Positions 25,241 through 35,607 of a stretch of 64,000 bases of DNA are shown here, piece after piece. Numbering within the stretch: the first letter of the stretch is position 1; each line of letters opens with the position of its first letter. Position numbers and translations under genes: made by a program. The notes beneath the pieces are model-generated. The model was not told the DNA's origin and ran no database searches. It saw only the letters and a program-made list of their open reading frames with translations. This DNA is from Methanobacteriota archaeon (GTDB lineage: Archaea; JAADCQ01; Methanopyri; Methanopyrales; Methanopyraceae), in NCBI GenBank assembly GCA_027064425.1, contig JAMOPO010000027.1:128001-192000 (forward strand), read 5' to 3'.

Positions 25241-26974
25241 TTGAGCGAGAAGGAGCGGGAGGACCGGGACCTGTACGAGCAGGTGATGGAGGTGGCCCGC
25301 CGGAGAGGGTTCATCCTGCCGGCCTTCCGCATCTACGGTGGGGCTCGAGGCTTCTACGACTACGGTCCGCTGGGCACGCTGCTGAAGCGGAAGATCGAGG
25401 AGAAGTGGCGCGAGTATTACGTGCACAAGGAGGGCTTCATGGAGATTGAGGCGCCCACGCTCCTCATCGGCGAGGTGTTCGAGGCGTCGGGCCACGTGGA
25501 GCACTTCATCGATCCGATGACGTACTGCAAGGAGTGCGGCGAGTTCTTCCGGGCGGACCACCTGGTGGAGGAGGAGCTGGGCATCGACGCGGAGGGACTG
25601 TCGGTCAAGGAGCTGGCGCGGCTGATCGAGGAGCACGAGCTGCGCTGCCCGGAGTGCGGCGGCGAGCTGGGCGAGGTGACGGAGTTCAACCTGATGTTCC
25701 GGACGAACATCGGGCCGAAGGAGGGCCGGGACGGGTACCTTCGGCCGGAGACGGCCCAGGCCATTTTCATCCAGTTCAAGGACCTGTACCGGTGGGCCCG
25801 GCAGAAGCTGCCGTTCGGCGTCGTGCAGATCGGTCGGGCGTACCGGAACGAGATCAGCCCGAGGCAGGGCGTGATCCGGCTCCGCGAGTTCACGCAGGCC
25901 GAGGCGGAGGTGTTCCTGGACCCGGAGGACAAGCGCTACCCGGGCAACGGGGACTACGAGCGGGAGAGGCTGCTCTTCTACCCGATCGAGGAGCAGCGGA
26001 AGGATGACGGCGAGATGCTCGAGATGCGCGTGGAGGAGGCGATCGAGGAGGGCATCGTCAGCCAGCCCATCGGCTACTTCCTGGGCCTCACGAAGCGGAT
26101 GCTGGTGGAGTTCGGTATCGACGAGGACGCGATTCGCGCGCGGCAGCACCTGCCGGAGGAGCGGGCGCACTACGCCAAGGACTGCTGGGACGTGGAGGTC
26201 AAGCTGGACCGGTTCGGGTGGGTGGAGGTCGTCGGCATCGCGGACCGTACGGACTACGACCTGCGGCACCACGCGGAGCACAGCGGTGAGGACCTCCGGG
26301 CGTTCGAGGAGCTGGACGAGCCCAAGCTGGTCTACCGCCCGGAGCCGATCATGGAGAAGCTGGGCCCGAAGTTCAAGTCGGACGCCCCGAAGATCGCGGA
26401 GGAGCTGAGGAAGATTAAGGCGGAGTCGAGGGAGGAGTTGGAGGGCGGTCTGACGGTCGAGGTGGACGGTGAGGAGGTCGAGGTGCCGCCGGACTGCTAC
26501 GAGATCGTGGAGGAGAAGATCACCGGGCGCCGGTTCTACCCGCACGTCGTCGAGCCCTCGTACGGTATCGACAGGATCCTGTACTGCGTGCTCGAGCACA
26601 ACTTCGACCCGGAGGAAGGAATGTTCCGGTTCCCCGCCTGGCTGGCGCCGATCGAGGTGGGCGTGTTCCCGCTGCTCAAGCGGGACGACATGGTGGAGTA
26701 CGCGAAGCGGGTCGCGCGGGAGCTGCGCGAGGAGGGGTTCACGGTGGAGTACGACGATTCGGGCTCGATCGGGCGGCGGTACGCCCGGGCCGACGAGATC
26801 GGTGTGCCGTACTGCGTGACCATCGACCACGACACGCTCGAGGACGACACGGTGACGATCCGGGACCGGGACACGACCGAGCAGGTCCGAGTGCACGTGG
26901 ATGAGCTGCCGGAGGTGCTCCGGAAACTCATCGACGGCGAGATCGAGTTCGAGGAGGCCGGCGAGCCCGTTTGA
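25241..26974 (+). CDS. glyS: Glycyl-tRNA synthetase (archaeal/eukaryotic type)
   Basis: [36 protein letters not shown]; TTG start after GGGGGG. Confidence 0.96.
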   Translation: MSEKEREDRDLYEQVMEVARRRGFILPAFRIYGGARGFYDYGPLGTLLKRKIEEKWREYYVHKEGFMEIEAPTLLIGEVFEASGHVEHFIDPMTYCKECGEFFRADHLVEEELGIDAEGLSVKELARLIEEHELRCPECGGELGEVTEFNLMFRTNIGPKEGRDGYLRPETAQAIFIQFKDLYRWARQKLPFGVVQIGRAYRNEISPRQGVIRLREFTQAEAEVFLDPEDKRYPGNGDYERERLLFYPIEEQRKDDGEMLEMRVEEAIEEGIVSQPIGYFLGLTKRMLVEFGIDEDAIRARQHLPEERAHYAKDCWDVEVKLDRFGWVEVVGIADRTDYDLRHHAEHSGEDLRAFEELDEPKLVYRPEPIMEKLGPKFKSDAPKIAEELRKIKAESREELEGGLTVEVDGEEVEVPPDCYEIVEEKITGRRFYPHVVEPSYGIDRILYCVLEHNFDPEEGMFRFPAWLAPIEVGVFPLLKRDDMVEYAKRVARELREEGFTVEYDDSGSIGRRYARADEIGVPYCVTIDHDTLEDDTVTIRDRDTTEQVRVHVDELPEVLRKLIDGEIEFEEAGEPV

Positions 26975-27368
26975 GCCACCCCGGGAGGCGGACCTCCCCC
27001 TCCGGTCCGTCGCAGTCGGGGATGTAGGGTTTCAGATCGATCACGGGGGATCCCTCCCGCGCGTCGATCCCTTCCACCTCCACCCTGCCCCGCTCGGCGT
27101 CCACGTCAACCAGCCGGCACAGCGTGAGGAGGACGGGGTTGGGCCGGTCGGGGCTGCGGCTGGCGAACACGCCCACGATCACGGGCGCCTCGCCGTGCAG
27201 CGGCCGCACCCGCGTCACCGACCGGTCGGACTCGTGCCCCCACCAGATCACCCAAACGTGGGAGAAGTCCTCTAGCCCCTCCAGGCACTCCCTATACTTT
27301 TCGTAAATCATCAGGACGGCCCGGTCTCCCCCGACCCTCGAGACCTCGCCGACGGGCCTGAGCCGCAC
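26928..27368 (-). CDS. TsaA/TrmO-family tRNA methyltransferase
   Basis: [36 protein letters not shown]. Confidence 0.88.
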   Translation of the reverse strand: MRLRPVGEVSRVGGDRAVLMIYEKYRECLEGLEDFSHVWVIWWGHESDRSVTRVRPLHGEAPVIVGVFASRSPDRPNPVLLTLCRLVDVDAERGRVEVEGIDAREGSPVIDLKPYIPDCDGPEGEVRLPGWLKRARRPPRTRSRRR

Positions 27369-27394
27369 CCGATTACCCCCTGGGGAGTGGAGCG

Positions 27395-28219
27395 GTGGCC
27401 CGGTACACGCACGTGATGGAGTGCCTGGGGCGAGTGCCGGTCCGGGTGGTCTGGGAGGACGGTGAGATCCGGGCCGAGGCGCGAGGCGACCCCATCATCG
27501 AGGAGTGCCCGCTGATGAGATCCCGGGAGGGGGTCGATCGGCTCACCCCGGAGGCGGCCGAGCGGCACGTCCTGCGCAAGGCCCGGGAGATCGGGATGTT
27601 CACGCCGGAGCGCCGACTGCGGTCGTGCCGACGGTACACGCCCTTCGGCGTCTCCGAGACCCTGATGGTGTGCCTGAGGTACGGGCTCGTCAACGCGGCG
27701 GTGGTGGTGTCGGACTGCCTGGGTACCGTGGTGACCGACCGGCCCTCCGTGGTGCAGGGGCTCGGGGGCGAGGTCTCCGGGATCGTGGAGACGGACCCGA
27801 TCCCGGAGGTGGTGGAGCGGGCGGAGCGGCTCGGGTGCACGGTGCTGGAGCGGATCGACCAGGTCGAGGGCGTGGAGGCGGCCCTCGAGGAGTTCGAGCC
27901 GCCCGTCGCCGTGACGGTGGCGGACCCGGATGAGGCGGTGCGGATTCGGGAGGAGTTCGGCCGGGACGTGCTCATCGCGGCCGTGCACACCTCGGGTCTC
28001 GACGAGCGGGACGCGGATCGGCTGCTGGACGCCTGCGACATCGTCACGGGCTGTCCCGCCGGGGCCGTTAAGGAGGCGTGCGACCGGTCCTTCCTGGTCA
28101 AGTCGGGCCGCAGCATCCCGGTCTACGGCGTGACCCCGATGGGCGCCGAGGCGCTGCTGCTCAACGCCCGGGAGCTGTCCGGTGAGGAGCCGATCCGCAT
28201 CCTGCGCGGGCGGGGGTGA
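27395..28219 (+). CDS. Methanogenesis marker protein 8 (DUF2099)-like
   Basis: HVMECLG, CPL, GMFT, FGVSE, DCLGTV, VQGLGG, VHTSG. Confidence 0.8.
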   Translation: MARYTHVMECLGRVPVRVVWEDGEIRAEARGDPIIEECPLMRSREGVDRLTPEAAERHVLRKAREIGMFTPERRLRSCRRYTPFGVSETLMVCLRYGLVNAAVVVSDCLGTVVTDRPSVVQGLGGEVSGIVETDPIPEVVERAERLGCTVLERIDQVEGVEAALEEFEPPVAVTVADPDEAVRIREEFGRDVLIAAVHTSGLDERDADRLLDACDIVTGCPAGAVKEACDRSFLVKSGRSIPVYGVTPMGAEALLLNARELSGEEPIRILRGRG

Positions 28220-29610
28220 GGAGGTTGCCCGAGATGGTGCACGTGGGCCTGTTCGGTCACATCGACCACGGCAAGACCGCGCTGGCCGCGCAGCTCACGG
28301 AGAAGGCCTCGACCGCGGCGCTCGATAAGCACCCGGAGGAGCAGGAGCGCGGGATCACGATCGATCTGGGATTCTCCTCGTTCCGGCTGGGCGATTACGA
28401 GGTCACGCTGGTGGACGCCCCGGGGCACGCGGACCTGATCCGGACGGTCGTGGCGGGGGCGGAGATCATCGACGCGGCCATCCTGGTCGTGGCGGCGGAC
28501 GAGGGGCCGCAGGTGCAGACGGGCGAGCACCTGGTCGTGTTGGACTACCTCGGCGTGGACCGCGGGGTCGTGGCGCTCAACAAGATCGACCTGGTCGATG
28601 AGAGCACGGTGGAGCGGCGCATCGAGGAGGTTCGGAACGTTCTACGAGGCACCTCCCTGGAGGACGCCCCGATCGTCCCGGTGTCGGCGAAGACGGGGGA
28701 GGGCATCGACGAGCTGCGTGAGGCGCTGCTGGAGGTGCTGGAGCCGCCGGAGCGGGAGGTGGACGCGCCGTTCCGGATGCCGATCGACCACGCGTTTCAC
28801 GTGAAGGGGGCGGGCACGGTCGTCACGGGCACGGTCCTGTCCGGCGAGGTGGAGGTGGGTGAGGAGGTGATGCTCTACCCGTCCGGTAAGGTCGTGGAGG
28901 TGAAGTCGATCCAGTGCTTCGGCCGGGACCTCGACGCCGCGCGGGCGGGCGACCGGGTGGGGATGGCGCTGCGGGGGGTGAAGGAGGAGGAGATCGAGCG
29001 CGGGTTCCAGCTGGCGGAGCCCGACTCGCTGACGGTCACGAAGTACCTGGACTTGGCCGAGGTGGAGATCCACCCGCTGTTCCCGCAGTCGCTCCGGAAG
29101 CGAACCATGGTGCACGTTCACGTCGGCCTGCGCTCCGTGCCCGGGCACGTGGTCCCGCACGAGGACGGGTTCTTGAGGGAGGAGCTGGGCCCGGGCGAGT
29201 CCAGCGAGCTGTACGTGAAGCTCAACGAGCCGGTGGCGGTGCGGGAGGGTGACCCGGTCATCCTCATGAAGATGGACCTCCCGCCCACGAAGCTGCGGAT
29301 CGCGGGCGCGGGCCGAGTGGCGGGCACGGAGCGTCGGGAGACGTTCAAGCGCGTATCCGAGCGGCGGGGGCGGGTCACGGACCCGAACCACATGGGGAAG
29401 GGGCTGGCGGTGGTGGACGGCCTCGCGTTCAACAAGGAGCACGCGGAGAAGCTGGTCGGCGAGGAGGTGGAGACGGAGAGCGGGGTGAGGGGCCGGATCG
29501 TGGACACGCACGGGACGCGCGGTGCCGTGCTGGTCGAGTTCGAGGGGGACGTGAAGTCCGGGGAGAAGGTGCTGCTGAAGCGGGTGCGAGAGATCAAGGT
29601 GGACCTCTAG
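28216..29610 (+). CDS. selB: Selenocysteine-specific elongation factor
   Basis: GHIDHGKT, RGITIDLGF, DAPGH, QTGEH, DHAFHVKGAGTVVTG, C-terminal domain IV. Start may be TTG or ATG a few codons in. Confidence 0.93.
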   Translation: MRRLPEMVHVGLFGHIDHGKTALAAQLTEKASTAALDKHPEEQERGITIDLGFSSFRLGDYEVTLVDAPGHADLIRTVVAGAEIIDAAILVVAADEGPQVQTGEHLVVLDYLGVDRGVVALNKIDLVDESTVERRIEEVRNVLRGTSLEDAPIVPVSAKTGEGIDELREALLEVLEPPEREVDAPFRMPIDHAFHVKGAGTVVTGTVLSGEVEVGEEVMLYPSGKVVEVKSIQCFGRDLDAARAGDRVGMALRGVKEEEIERGFQLAEPDSLTVTKYLDLAEVEIHPLFPQSLRKRTMVHVHVGLRSVPGHVVPHEDGFLREELGPGESSELYVKLNEPVAVREGDPVILMKMDLPPTKLRIAGAGRVAGTERRETFKRVSERRGRVTDPNHMGKGLAVVDGLAFNKEHAEKLVGEEVETESGVRGRIVDTHGTRGAVLVEFEGDVKSGEKVLLKRVREIKVDL

Positions 29611-29662
29611 TCAGCGCTGGAACGTCTCTTCACGGCTCCGCTCCCGAGGGGCTCATCATCTG
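29608..29662 (-). ncRNA. Box C/D guide sRNA
   Basis: ATGATGA - GCCCCTCGGGAG - CGGA - GCC - GTGAAGA - GACGTTCCAGCG - CTGA; two 12-nt guides. Confidence 0.82.
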
Positions 29663-30339
29663 AAGTGCTCCTTGGCGATTGGCAGGGTCTCGTTCGCCTC
29701 GTCCCGGGAGGTGATCCCGACCGCGACCGCGTCGGCGTACTGGGCGGCGTAGGGGATCCCTTCCTCCGGGGGGATGGAGCCCGCGGCGAGGACCTTCTTA
29801 GCGATGATCGTCCGGTCCGTGTCCTCCAGGATCTCCTCGACCCGCTTCCGGTCGCCCATGAAGGCCCCTTCAGGGTTCAGGGGTACCATGTACACGTCCA
29901 CGCCCTCGCGCGACTCCCAGCGGGGTAGGGTGGCGTCCGGCCGGTGCGTGGCGATGCCGACGGGGACCTCGAACCGGTCGCGGAGCTCGCGCAGCAGGGG
30001 GAGCACGTCGTCCGGGTCCCGCCCGTCCACTAGGCTGGCGTGCAGGAGAACCGCCCGCAGGTTCATCCCGTCGATCGTTCGCACGTCCTCGCGGAGCGGG
30101 CCGAGACCGACGACGGCGACAACTTCAAGGTCGTGCTCGACCTCCCGGAGCGCCTGGACTATCACGGGGTCCGCGAGGGCCTGGACTCCGCGGACGCCGT
30201 GCCTCTTCGCGCAGTACTCGACGAGGCGCGTGATGTTGCGCGGCTGCTCGTAGAACTTCTCCCGGTAGGTGATCGCCCTGGGACCGAATTGTCCCGCGCC
30301 CAGGAACGGTGAGGTACCTATCATAACCTTGGGGATCAG
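29656..30339 (-). CDS. Hypothetical TIM-barrel/aldo-keto-reductase-like protein
   Basis: IGTSPFLGAGQFG, GIATH, MVPLN..G, IAKKVLAAG. Start CTG 30339 or ATG 30324. Confidence 0.7.
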   Translation of the reverse strand: MIPKVMIGTSPFLGAGQFGPRAITYREKFYEQPRNITRLVEYCAKRHGVRGVQALADPVIVQALREVEHDLEVVAVVGLGPLREDVRTIDGMNLRAVLLHASLVDGRDPDDVLPLLRELRDRFEVPVGIATHRPDATLPRWESREGVDVYMVPLNPEGAFMGDRKRVEEILEDTDRTIIAKKVLAAGSIPPEEGIPYAAQYADAVAVGITSRDEANETLPIAKEHFR

Positions 30340-30348
30340 GGGTGCTTC

Positions 30349-30421
30349 CCCCGGCGGGGGTCGGTAGCGCGGACCCTCCTCACCGATCAGCCCGTGGTCC
30401 GTCGTCATCCCCCGCCAGGGG
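30349..30421 (-). ncRNA. Box C/D guide sRNA with a long terminal stem
   Basis: CTGGCGGGGG-ATGACGA-CGGACCACGGG-CTGA-TCG-GTGAGGA-GGGTCCGCGCTA-CCGA-CCCCCGCCGG. Confidence 0.88.
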
Positions 30422-30430
30422 GCTGTGGGT

Positions 30431-33001
30431 ATGAGCGAGAAGGTTGAAGTGTGCTTCGATGAGGCCCTGCTGGACTACGCGGACGTGGACGAGATCGTGC
30501 TCGACGTCGGGGAGGAGGCGCTGGCCGAGGCCCTGGCCAACCGGCACCGGCAGATGGTGGTATTTCAGGGTGACGAGCTGAAGGCCGCCGCCGCGGGCGT
30601 GGTGGCCGCCGGGGCCGCGGACGTCCTGGTCGAGGTTAGGGACCGGCCCGTCTCCGTGCTCTACGTGACCGACAGCCTGAAGGAGGACACGTACGCGCGG
30701 GAGCGGTACGAGGAGTTCCGGGACGTGTTCGAGGGTTTCCTGGAGGAGGTCGGCGTGGACTACGAGCTGGAGGCGCTCACGTTCGGCGGCTCGAAGCGCG
30801 TCCTGGGCACGACCTGGGACATCCTGGTCATGGACCTGTCCTACGAGCTCGACCCGGACGCGATCGGTCGCCTGATTGAGACCGTGCGCGGCGGCGGACT
30901 GATCCTCATGCTCACGCCTCCCTTCGACCGGTGGAGGCGGATGTGGACGGCCTTCCACAAGAGCCTGGTCACGCCCCCGTACACCCTGGATCACGTGGGT
31001 AAGCGGTTCAACCGACGGTTCATCCGGAAGCTGGAGGAGCATGACGGGATCTGGATCGTGGACACGGACGAGTGGGAGGCGGACCCGGAGCCGAGCGAGG
31101 ATCCCGAGCTGGAGGTGAAGGTGAAGCGCCGGGAGCCCCCGGACGTCGAGCCCCCGAGGCGCGCGCTGCTGCCCGAGGAGCTCTACGAGATGTGCGCGAC
31201 GGAGGACCAGTTCAAGGCCCTGGCCAAGTTCGAGGAGCTGCTGCGCGCCCGGAGCAAGACGGCGTTCATCCTCACGGCCGACCGGGGCCGGGGCAAGTCC
31301 GCGCTCCTGGGCATCGCCATCGCCGGCGCCGGGGTGGCCGTCGAGGACATCTACGACGTGGTGGTCACGGCCTCGGAGCCGGAGAACGTGGGCGTTCTGT
31401 TCGAGTTCCTGTTGAAGGCGCTGGACCGGCTCGGGGTGGATTACGAGGTCGAGAAGGACGATGATGGCAACGTCGTCTACGTCGAGACGGACGAGTTCGT
31501 GGTCGAGTACGAGCGCCCATCGGACGCGGCCGAGATCAAGTGTGACCTGATGGTCGTGGACGAGGCGGCCTCGATCCACGTGCCGATTCTGCACCGGATC
31601 CTGGACAACAACGACCTCGTGGTCTACTCGTCCACGATCCACGGCTACGAGGGCGCGGGTCGGGGCTTCTCGGTCCGGTTCCTGCAGAGCGTGGAAAAGC
31701 GGGACGACGTGCGGCTGATCAAGTTCAAGATGCACGAGCCGATCCGGTACGACGCGGACGACCCCATCGAGCGATGGCTGTTCGACACGCTGCTGCTCGA
31801 CGCGGAGCCGGCCAAGCTGGAGAAGGAGGACATCGAGTGCGTGAAGAGTAAGCGGGTCGAGCTCGAGAAGCCGGACCTCCGGTTCTGGTTCGAGGACGAG
31901 GAGGGCGAGGAGGAGCTGCGCCAGTTCATCGGAATCTACGTGATGGCGCACTACCGGAACCGACCCAGCGACGTGATGGTGCTGGCGGACGCACCGCACC
32001 ACGAGGCGTTCGCGCTCAAGACGGAGACGGGCAAGATCGTGACCGCCCTGCAGGTGGCGCGGGAGGGCTCGATCCCGCGCGACGTGATCGTCAAGATGCG
32101 GAAGGGGTACCGGCCGCCGGGCAACGTGATCCCGGACCTGATGGTCCAGCACCACGACGCGCTGGAGTTCCCGCGGATGAAGGGGTACCGGATAGTCCGG
32201 ATCGCGACCCACCCGGACGTCATGCGGCACGGCCTGGGCTCGAAGGCGCTCGAGGAGCTGGCCAAGGTGTGCGAGGAGAAGGACTTCGACTGGATCGGCA
32301 CGGGCTTCGGCGCGAACGAGGAGCTGACGAAGTTTTGGATCAAGAACGACTTCGTGCCCGTCCACATCAGCCCGAACCGGAACCCGGTGAGCGGCGAGTA
32401 CTCCGTGGCCGTCATCCGGCCCATCTCGGACGAGGCGAAGGAGATCATCCAGCGGGCTAACTTCGAGTTCCGGCTCAAGCTGGTCGACTGGCTCGGTGAG
32501 ACGCACCGCGATCTGGAGCCCGAGGTGGCCCGGCTCCTGCTGACCCCGATGTCGCCCAGCCGGTACCAGCCCAGCATGACGGACGGCCAACTTCGCCGAC
32601 TCAAGAAGTACGTGGACATGGTGCACACGTACGAGATCGCCGCCGACGCCGTCCGGGAGCTCGTCAAGACGTACTTCCTGGACACCGAGGACCGGCTGGA
32701 GCTGTCGAAGAAGGAGGAGCTCCTGCTGGTCACCAAGTGCCTGCAGCGCTGGGAGTGGGAAAAGGTCGCCGACTTCCTGGGCGAGGAGGTGCCCGACCTC
32801 ATGCGGACGCTGCGCGACCTGGTCGGGCTGCTGTACGAGGAGTACGAGGAGGACATCAAGCGCCGCTCCGCGCTGGAGAGCGTTAACAAGGCCGTGGAGG
32901 GGCTCGCGGAGAAGGGGCACTCCGGCGAGGTCATCGTGAGGGTGGACGAGGGCGAGCCGAAGGAGGTCGTGGTCAGACGGGAGGAGCGCTTCGAGCTCTA
33001 A
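30431..33001 (+). CDS. tmcA: RNA cytidine acetyltransferase TmcA/Nat10
   Basis: LGTTWD, ADRGRGKS, VDEAA, STIHGYEGAGRGF, AHYRNRPSD, RIATHP GNAT domain. Confidence 0.94.
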   Translation: MSEKVEVCFDEALLDYADVDEIVLDVGEEALAEALANRHRQMVVFQGDELKAAAAGVVAAGAADVLVEVRDRPVSVLYVTDSLKEDTYARERYEEFRDVFEGFLEEVGVDYELEALTFGGSKRVLGTTWDILVMDLSYELDPDAIGRLIETVRGGGLILMLTPPFDRWRRMWTAFHKSLVTPPYTLDHVGKRFNRRFIRKLEEHDGIWIVDTDEWEADPEPSEDPELEVKVKRREPPDVEPPRRALLPEELYEMCATEDQFKALAKFEELLRARSKTAFILTADRGRGKSALLGIAIAGAGVAVEDIYDVVVTASEPENVGVLFEFLLKALDRLGVDYEVEKDDDGNVVYVETDEFVVEYERPSDAAEIKCDLMVVDEAASIHVPILHRILDNNDLVVYSSTIHGYEGAGRGFSVRFLQSVEKRDDVRLIKFKMHEPIRYDADDPIERWLFDTLLLDAEPAKLEKEDIECVKSKRVELEKPDLRFWFEDEEGEEELRQFIGIYVMAHYRNRPSDVMVLADAPHHEAFALKTETGKIVTALQVAREGSIPRDVIVKMRKGYRPPGNVIPDLMVQHHDALEFPRMKGYRIVRIATHPDVMRHGLGSKALEELAKVCEEKDFDWIGTGFGANEELTKFWIKNDFVPVHISPNRNPVSGEYSVAVIRPISDEAKEIIQRANFEFRLKLVDWLGETHRDLEPEVARLLLTPMSPSRYQPSMTDGQLRRLKKYVDMVHTYEIAADAVRELVKTYFLDTEDRLELSKKEELLLVTKCLQRWEWEKVADFLGEEVPDLMRTLRDLVGLLYEEYEEDIKRRSALESVNKAVEGLAEKGHSGEVIVRVDEGEPKEVVVRREERFEL

Positions 33002-33491
33002 CGCGCAGCGTCCCCCGGCGGACCGGCAGGGCGGCCCTCGGCTCGCGCCCGAACGTCTCCGCCCACCCCTCCACGATCGCGACCCCGACCCCGCAGCACA
33101 GCGCCGCGTCCCGGGCGTGCTCGTCCGGCGCCTCACCCCGCAGGGAGAGCAGCCGCTCGGCCGCTCGGGGGAACGTCTCGTAGACCCTCACGCCGCGCTC
33201 CAACAGCTCCTCGGCCAGCCTCCTGCCCCGCTCGAGGAGCCTTCGCATCCCGGGCAGCGTCAGGGGCAGGACGGGCGCGAGCTCCCGAAACCGCTCGTCC
33301 CGGCGCCTGAAGGGACCATCCGCCGGCGTCAGCGGGGCATCGATCACGACCACCCGGGCCCGGGAGGCGAGGCTGAGGACGCGCCGGTCATCCGCGGGCT
33401 CGGACCAGCACTCGATCGCCCCGCCCGACCACGCCGCGAAGCCGGTGGGGTTGTCCGGGCTTGCCGCGAGGTCGATCCCGAGGACGTGCAT
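32973..33491 (-). CDS. DUF429-like RNase H-fold protein
   Basis: GIDLAA, IDAPL, ETFP, HARDA. Confidence 0.75.
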   Translation of the reverse strand: MHVLGIDLAASPDNPTGFAAWSGGAIECWSEPADDRRVLSLASRARVVVIDAPLTPADGPFRRRDERFRELAPVLPLTLPGMRRLLERGRRLAEELLERGVRVYETFPRAAERLLSLRGEAPDEHARDAALCCGVGVAIVEGWAETFGREPRAALPVRRGTLRVRARSAPPV

Positions 33492-33508
33492 CGGAGGACC
33501 CCGAGTCG

Positions 33509-34225
33509 GTGGTGAGGCGGAAGGTTCGGGAGTGCCTGGAGCGGTCGGGGCACCCGAGGCCCGGCTCCCGCATTCTCGTGGCCATGTCCGGAGGTAAGGA
33601 CAGTTTCGCGACGGCGTACGGGCTCGCGGAGCTGTCCGACGAGTTCGACTGGGAGGTGGTGGGCGCTCACGTCGTGGTCCGGGTGGACGGGCGCGAGATC
33701 GGGGCGTGGGACGTCGTCCGGGAGCAGGCCGAGCGGCTGGGGATCGAGGTGAAGCGGCTGGAGCCGGAGAAGGATGTGATGGAGGCCAAGGAGGAGATGC
33801 GGGCGCGGAAGGTCTGCTACGCGTGCCGGACGCTGAGGCGGATCGAGCTCGGCAGGCTGGCGGAGGAGCAGGGGTTCGACTACATCGCGCTCGGGCACAC
33901 GCTGGACGACGCGGCGGCCACGGTCCTGCTCTCCCTGCTCTCCGGGTACAAGCGGATCAAGCTCCTCGGCTACGTGGGCTCGTGGCGAGAGGGTCCTAGG
34001 CTGCTCCGGCCGCTCGTCCGCTGCCCGGAGGAGGTTACTAGGTCACTCTACGAGCGGCTCGGCGTCCGGGTGGTGGAGACCGAGAAGGTCTGCCCGTTCG
34101 CCGGGGAGGGGTTGAGGCGAGAGGTCGAGGAGTTCCTCGACGAGGTTGAGCGGCGGATCCCGAACGTGAAGGGGAACGTGGTTGGGACGGCCCTCAGGAC
34201 TCTCTCGGCGGGCGGGAGGCGATAA
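33509..34225 (+). CDS. TtcA/TtuA-like PP-loop ATPase (tRNA thiolation family)
   Basis: AMSGGKDS, CYAC..LRR, GHTLDD, RPL, CPF. Confidence 0.82.
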   Translation: MVRRKVRECLERSGHPRPGSRILVAMSGGKDSFATAYGLAELSDEFDWEVVGAHVVVRVDGREIGAWDVVREQAERLGIEVKRLEPEKDVMEAKEEMRARKVCYACRTLRRIELGRLAEEQGFDYIALGHTLDDAAATVLLSLLSGYKRIKLLGYVGSWREGPRLLRPLVRCPEEVTRSLYERLGVRVVETEKVCPFAGEGLRREVEEFLDEVERRIPNVKGNVVGTALRTLSAGGRR

Positions 34226-34302
34226 CCCAATAAAGGGGCCTCCTAGCGCCGCGCGCCGGTGTAAATTCGTGTCGTACAGTGCCCAGGGGTCCGACCGTCC
34301 GG

Positions 34303-35061
34303 ATGATAGGGGATCTCGCGACCCTGACGTACCTCGGGATCGGGAGCCTGGTCGGACTGGTCTCAGGGCTCTTCGGCGTCGGAGGTGGCTTCCTGCTGGT
34401 CCCGCTGCTCAACGCGGTCGGGATGCCGATGCACGTCGCGCTCGGGACCACCCTGCTCGCGGTGAGCCTCGGCGGGTTCACCGGGGCCTACCGGCACTTC
34501 CAGGAGGGCAACGTCCACGTGAGCACGGCGCCGGCGTTCGGGATCAGCGCGGTCCTCGGGGCGCAGGTGGGAGGTTACCTCGCCTGTCAGGCGCCGGAGC
34601 ACGTGCTGAAGCTCGCCCTGGGTGGCGCGTGCATGGCGATGGCGGGGAGGATCGTAACGGACGGTCGGAGGTCGGGCGGCGGGGAGGTCCGAGACAGCCT
34701 GCCGATCGCCTCGCTGGCAGGGTTCGGGGTGGGAGCCTTCAGCGGGTTCACGGGCTCCGGCGGCGGCACCCTGTTCGTGCCCGTCATGACCTCGTTCCTC
34801 AACTTCCCCACGATGATGGCCGTGGGTACCTCCTCAGCGATCGTCCCGATCAGCGCGCTGGCCGGCGCCGCCCAGTACTGGTCGAAGGGGTACGTGGACC
34901 CGTGGGCCGCGGCGACCATCGTGGCGGGAATGCTGGTCTCCTCCTACATCGGCGCCGAGCTGTCCAACCGGCTCGGAGGGCGGAGGGTTAAGCGGGCGTT
35001 CTCGGTGGTGCTAGGGGCCGTCGGGGTCAAGATGCTGCTCAGCGGGCTCAGCGCCGCCTGA
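34303..35061 (+). CDS. TauE/SafE (TSUP) family permease
   Basis: GLFGVGGGFLLVP and GSGGG..VP repeats, AVGTS. Confidence 0.88.
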   Translation: MIGDLATLTYLGIGSLVGLVSGLFGVGGGFLLVPLLNAVGMPMHVALGTTLLAVSLGGFTGAYRHFQEGNVHVSTAPAFGISAVLGAQVGGYLACQAPEHVLKLALGGACMAMAGRIVTDGRRSGGGEVRDSLPIASLAGFGVGAFSGFTGSGGGTLFVPVMTSFLNFPTMMAVGTSSAIVPISALAGAAQYWSKGYVDPWAAATIVAGMLVSSYIGAELSNRLGGRRVKRAFSVVLGAVGVKMLLSGLSAA

Positions 35062-35536
35062 CGGGAGCCTTTTCAACGCTCTCCTCGATCCTCTCCTCCG
35101 ACCTCACGATCAGCACGTTGACGGGACTGTGCCTGACCACGTTCTCGGCCACGCTGCCCAGCACGGCATGCTCCAGCCCGGTACGCCCGTGAGAGCCCAT
35201 CACGATGAGGTTCACCTCCTCGTCGCTCTCCGCCTCCTTCACGATTTCTCTCCAGGGAACGCCCACGCGGATCTTCTTTTCCAGCTCGACGTCCACGCCC
35301 ATCTCCTCGGCGATTCGCTCGGCCTCCTCCAGCACCTTTTCGCCCTCTCGTCGCAGCTCCTCGACGACCTTCTCCCTCTGAGAGGCGAAACCGGACAGCA
35401 TGTCCACGGAACGCTGGTCCACCACGTAGAGCAGTTTCACGGGGAACCCATGGTCGTGCGCGTCCAGAAGCGCCCATTTCAGGGCGAGCTTGGAGGGGTC
35501 GGACCCGTCGTAGGGCACCAGGATCTTCCTGGACAA
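35048..35536 (-). CDS. Universal stress protein
   Basis: KILVPYDGS, IVMGSHGRTG, LGSVAENVVR. Confidence 0.93.
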   Translation of the reverse strand: MSRKILVPYDGSDPSKLALKWALLDAHDHGFPVKLLYVVDQRSVDMLSGFASQREKVVEELRREGEKVLEEAERIAEEMGVDVELEKKIRVGVPWREIVKEAESDEEVNLIVMGSHGRTGLEHAVLGSVAENVVRHSPVNVLIVRSEERIEESVEKAPVRRR

Positions 35537-35607
35537 CCCGGGTCCCCGAATCCTTCAAGTAATCTCGAAACATTAAAAAGCTTTTGAAGTCGCCGCGGAT
35601 AGGGGGG

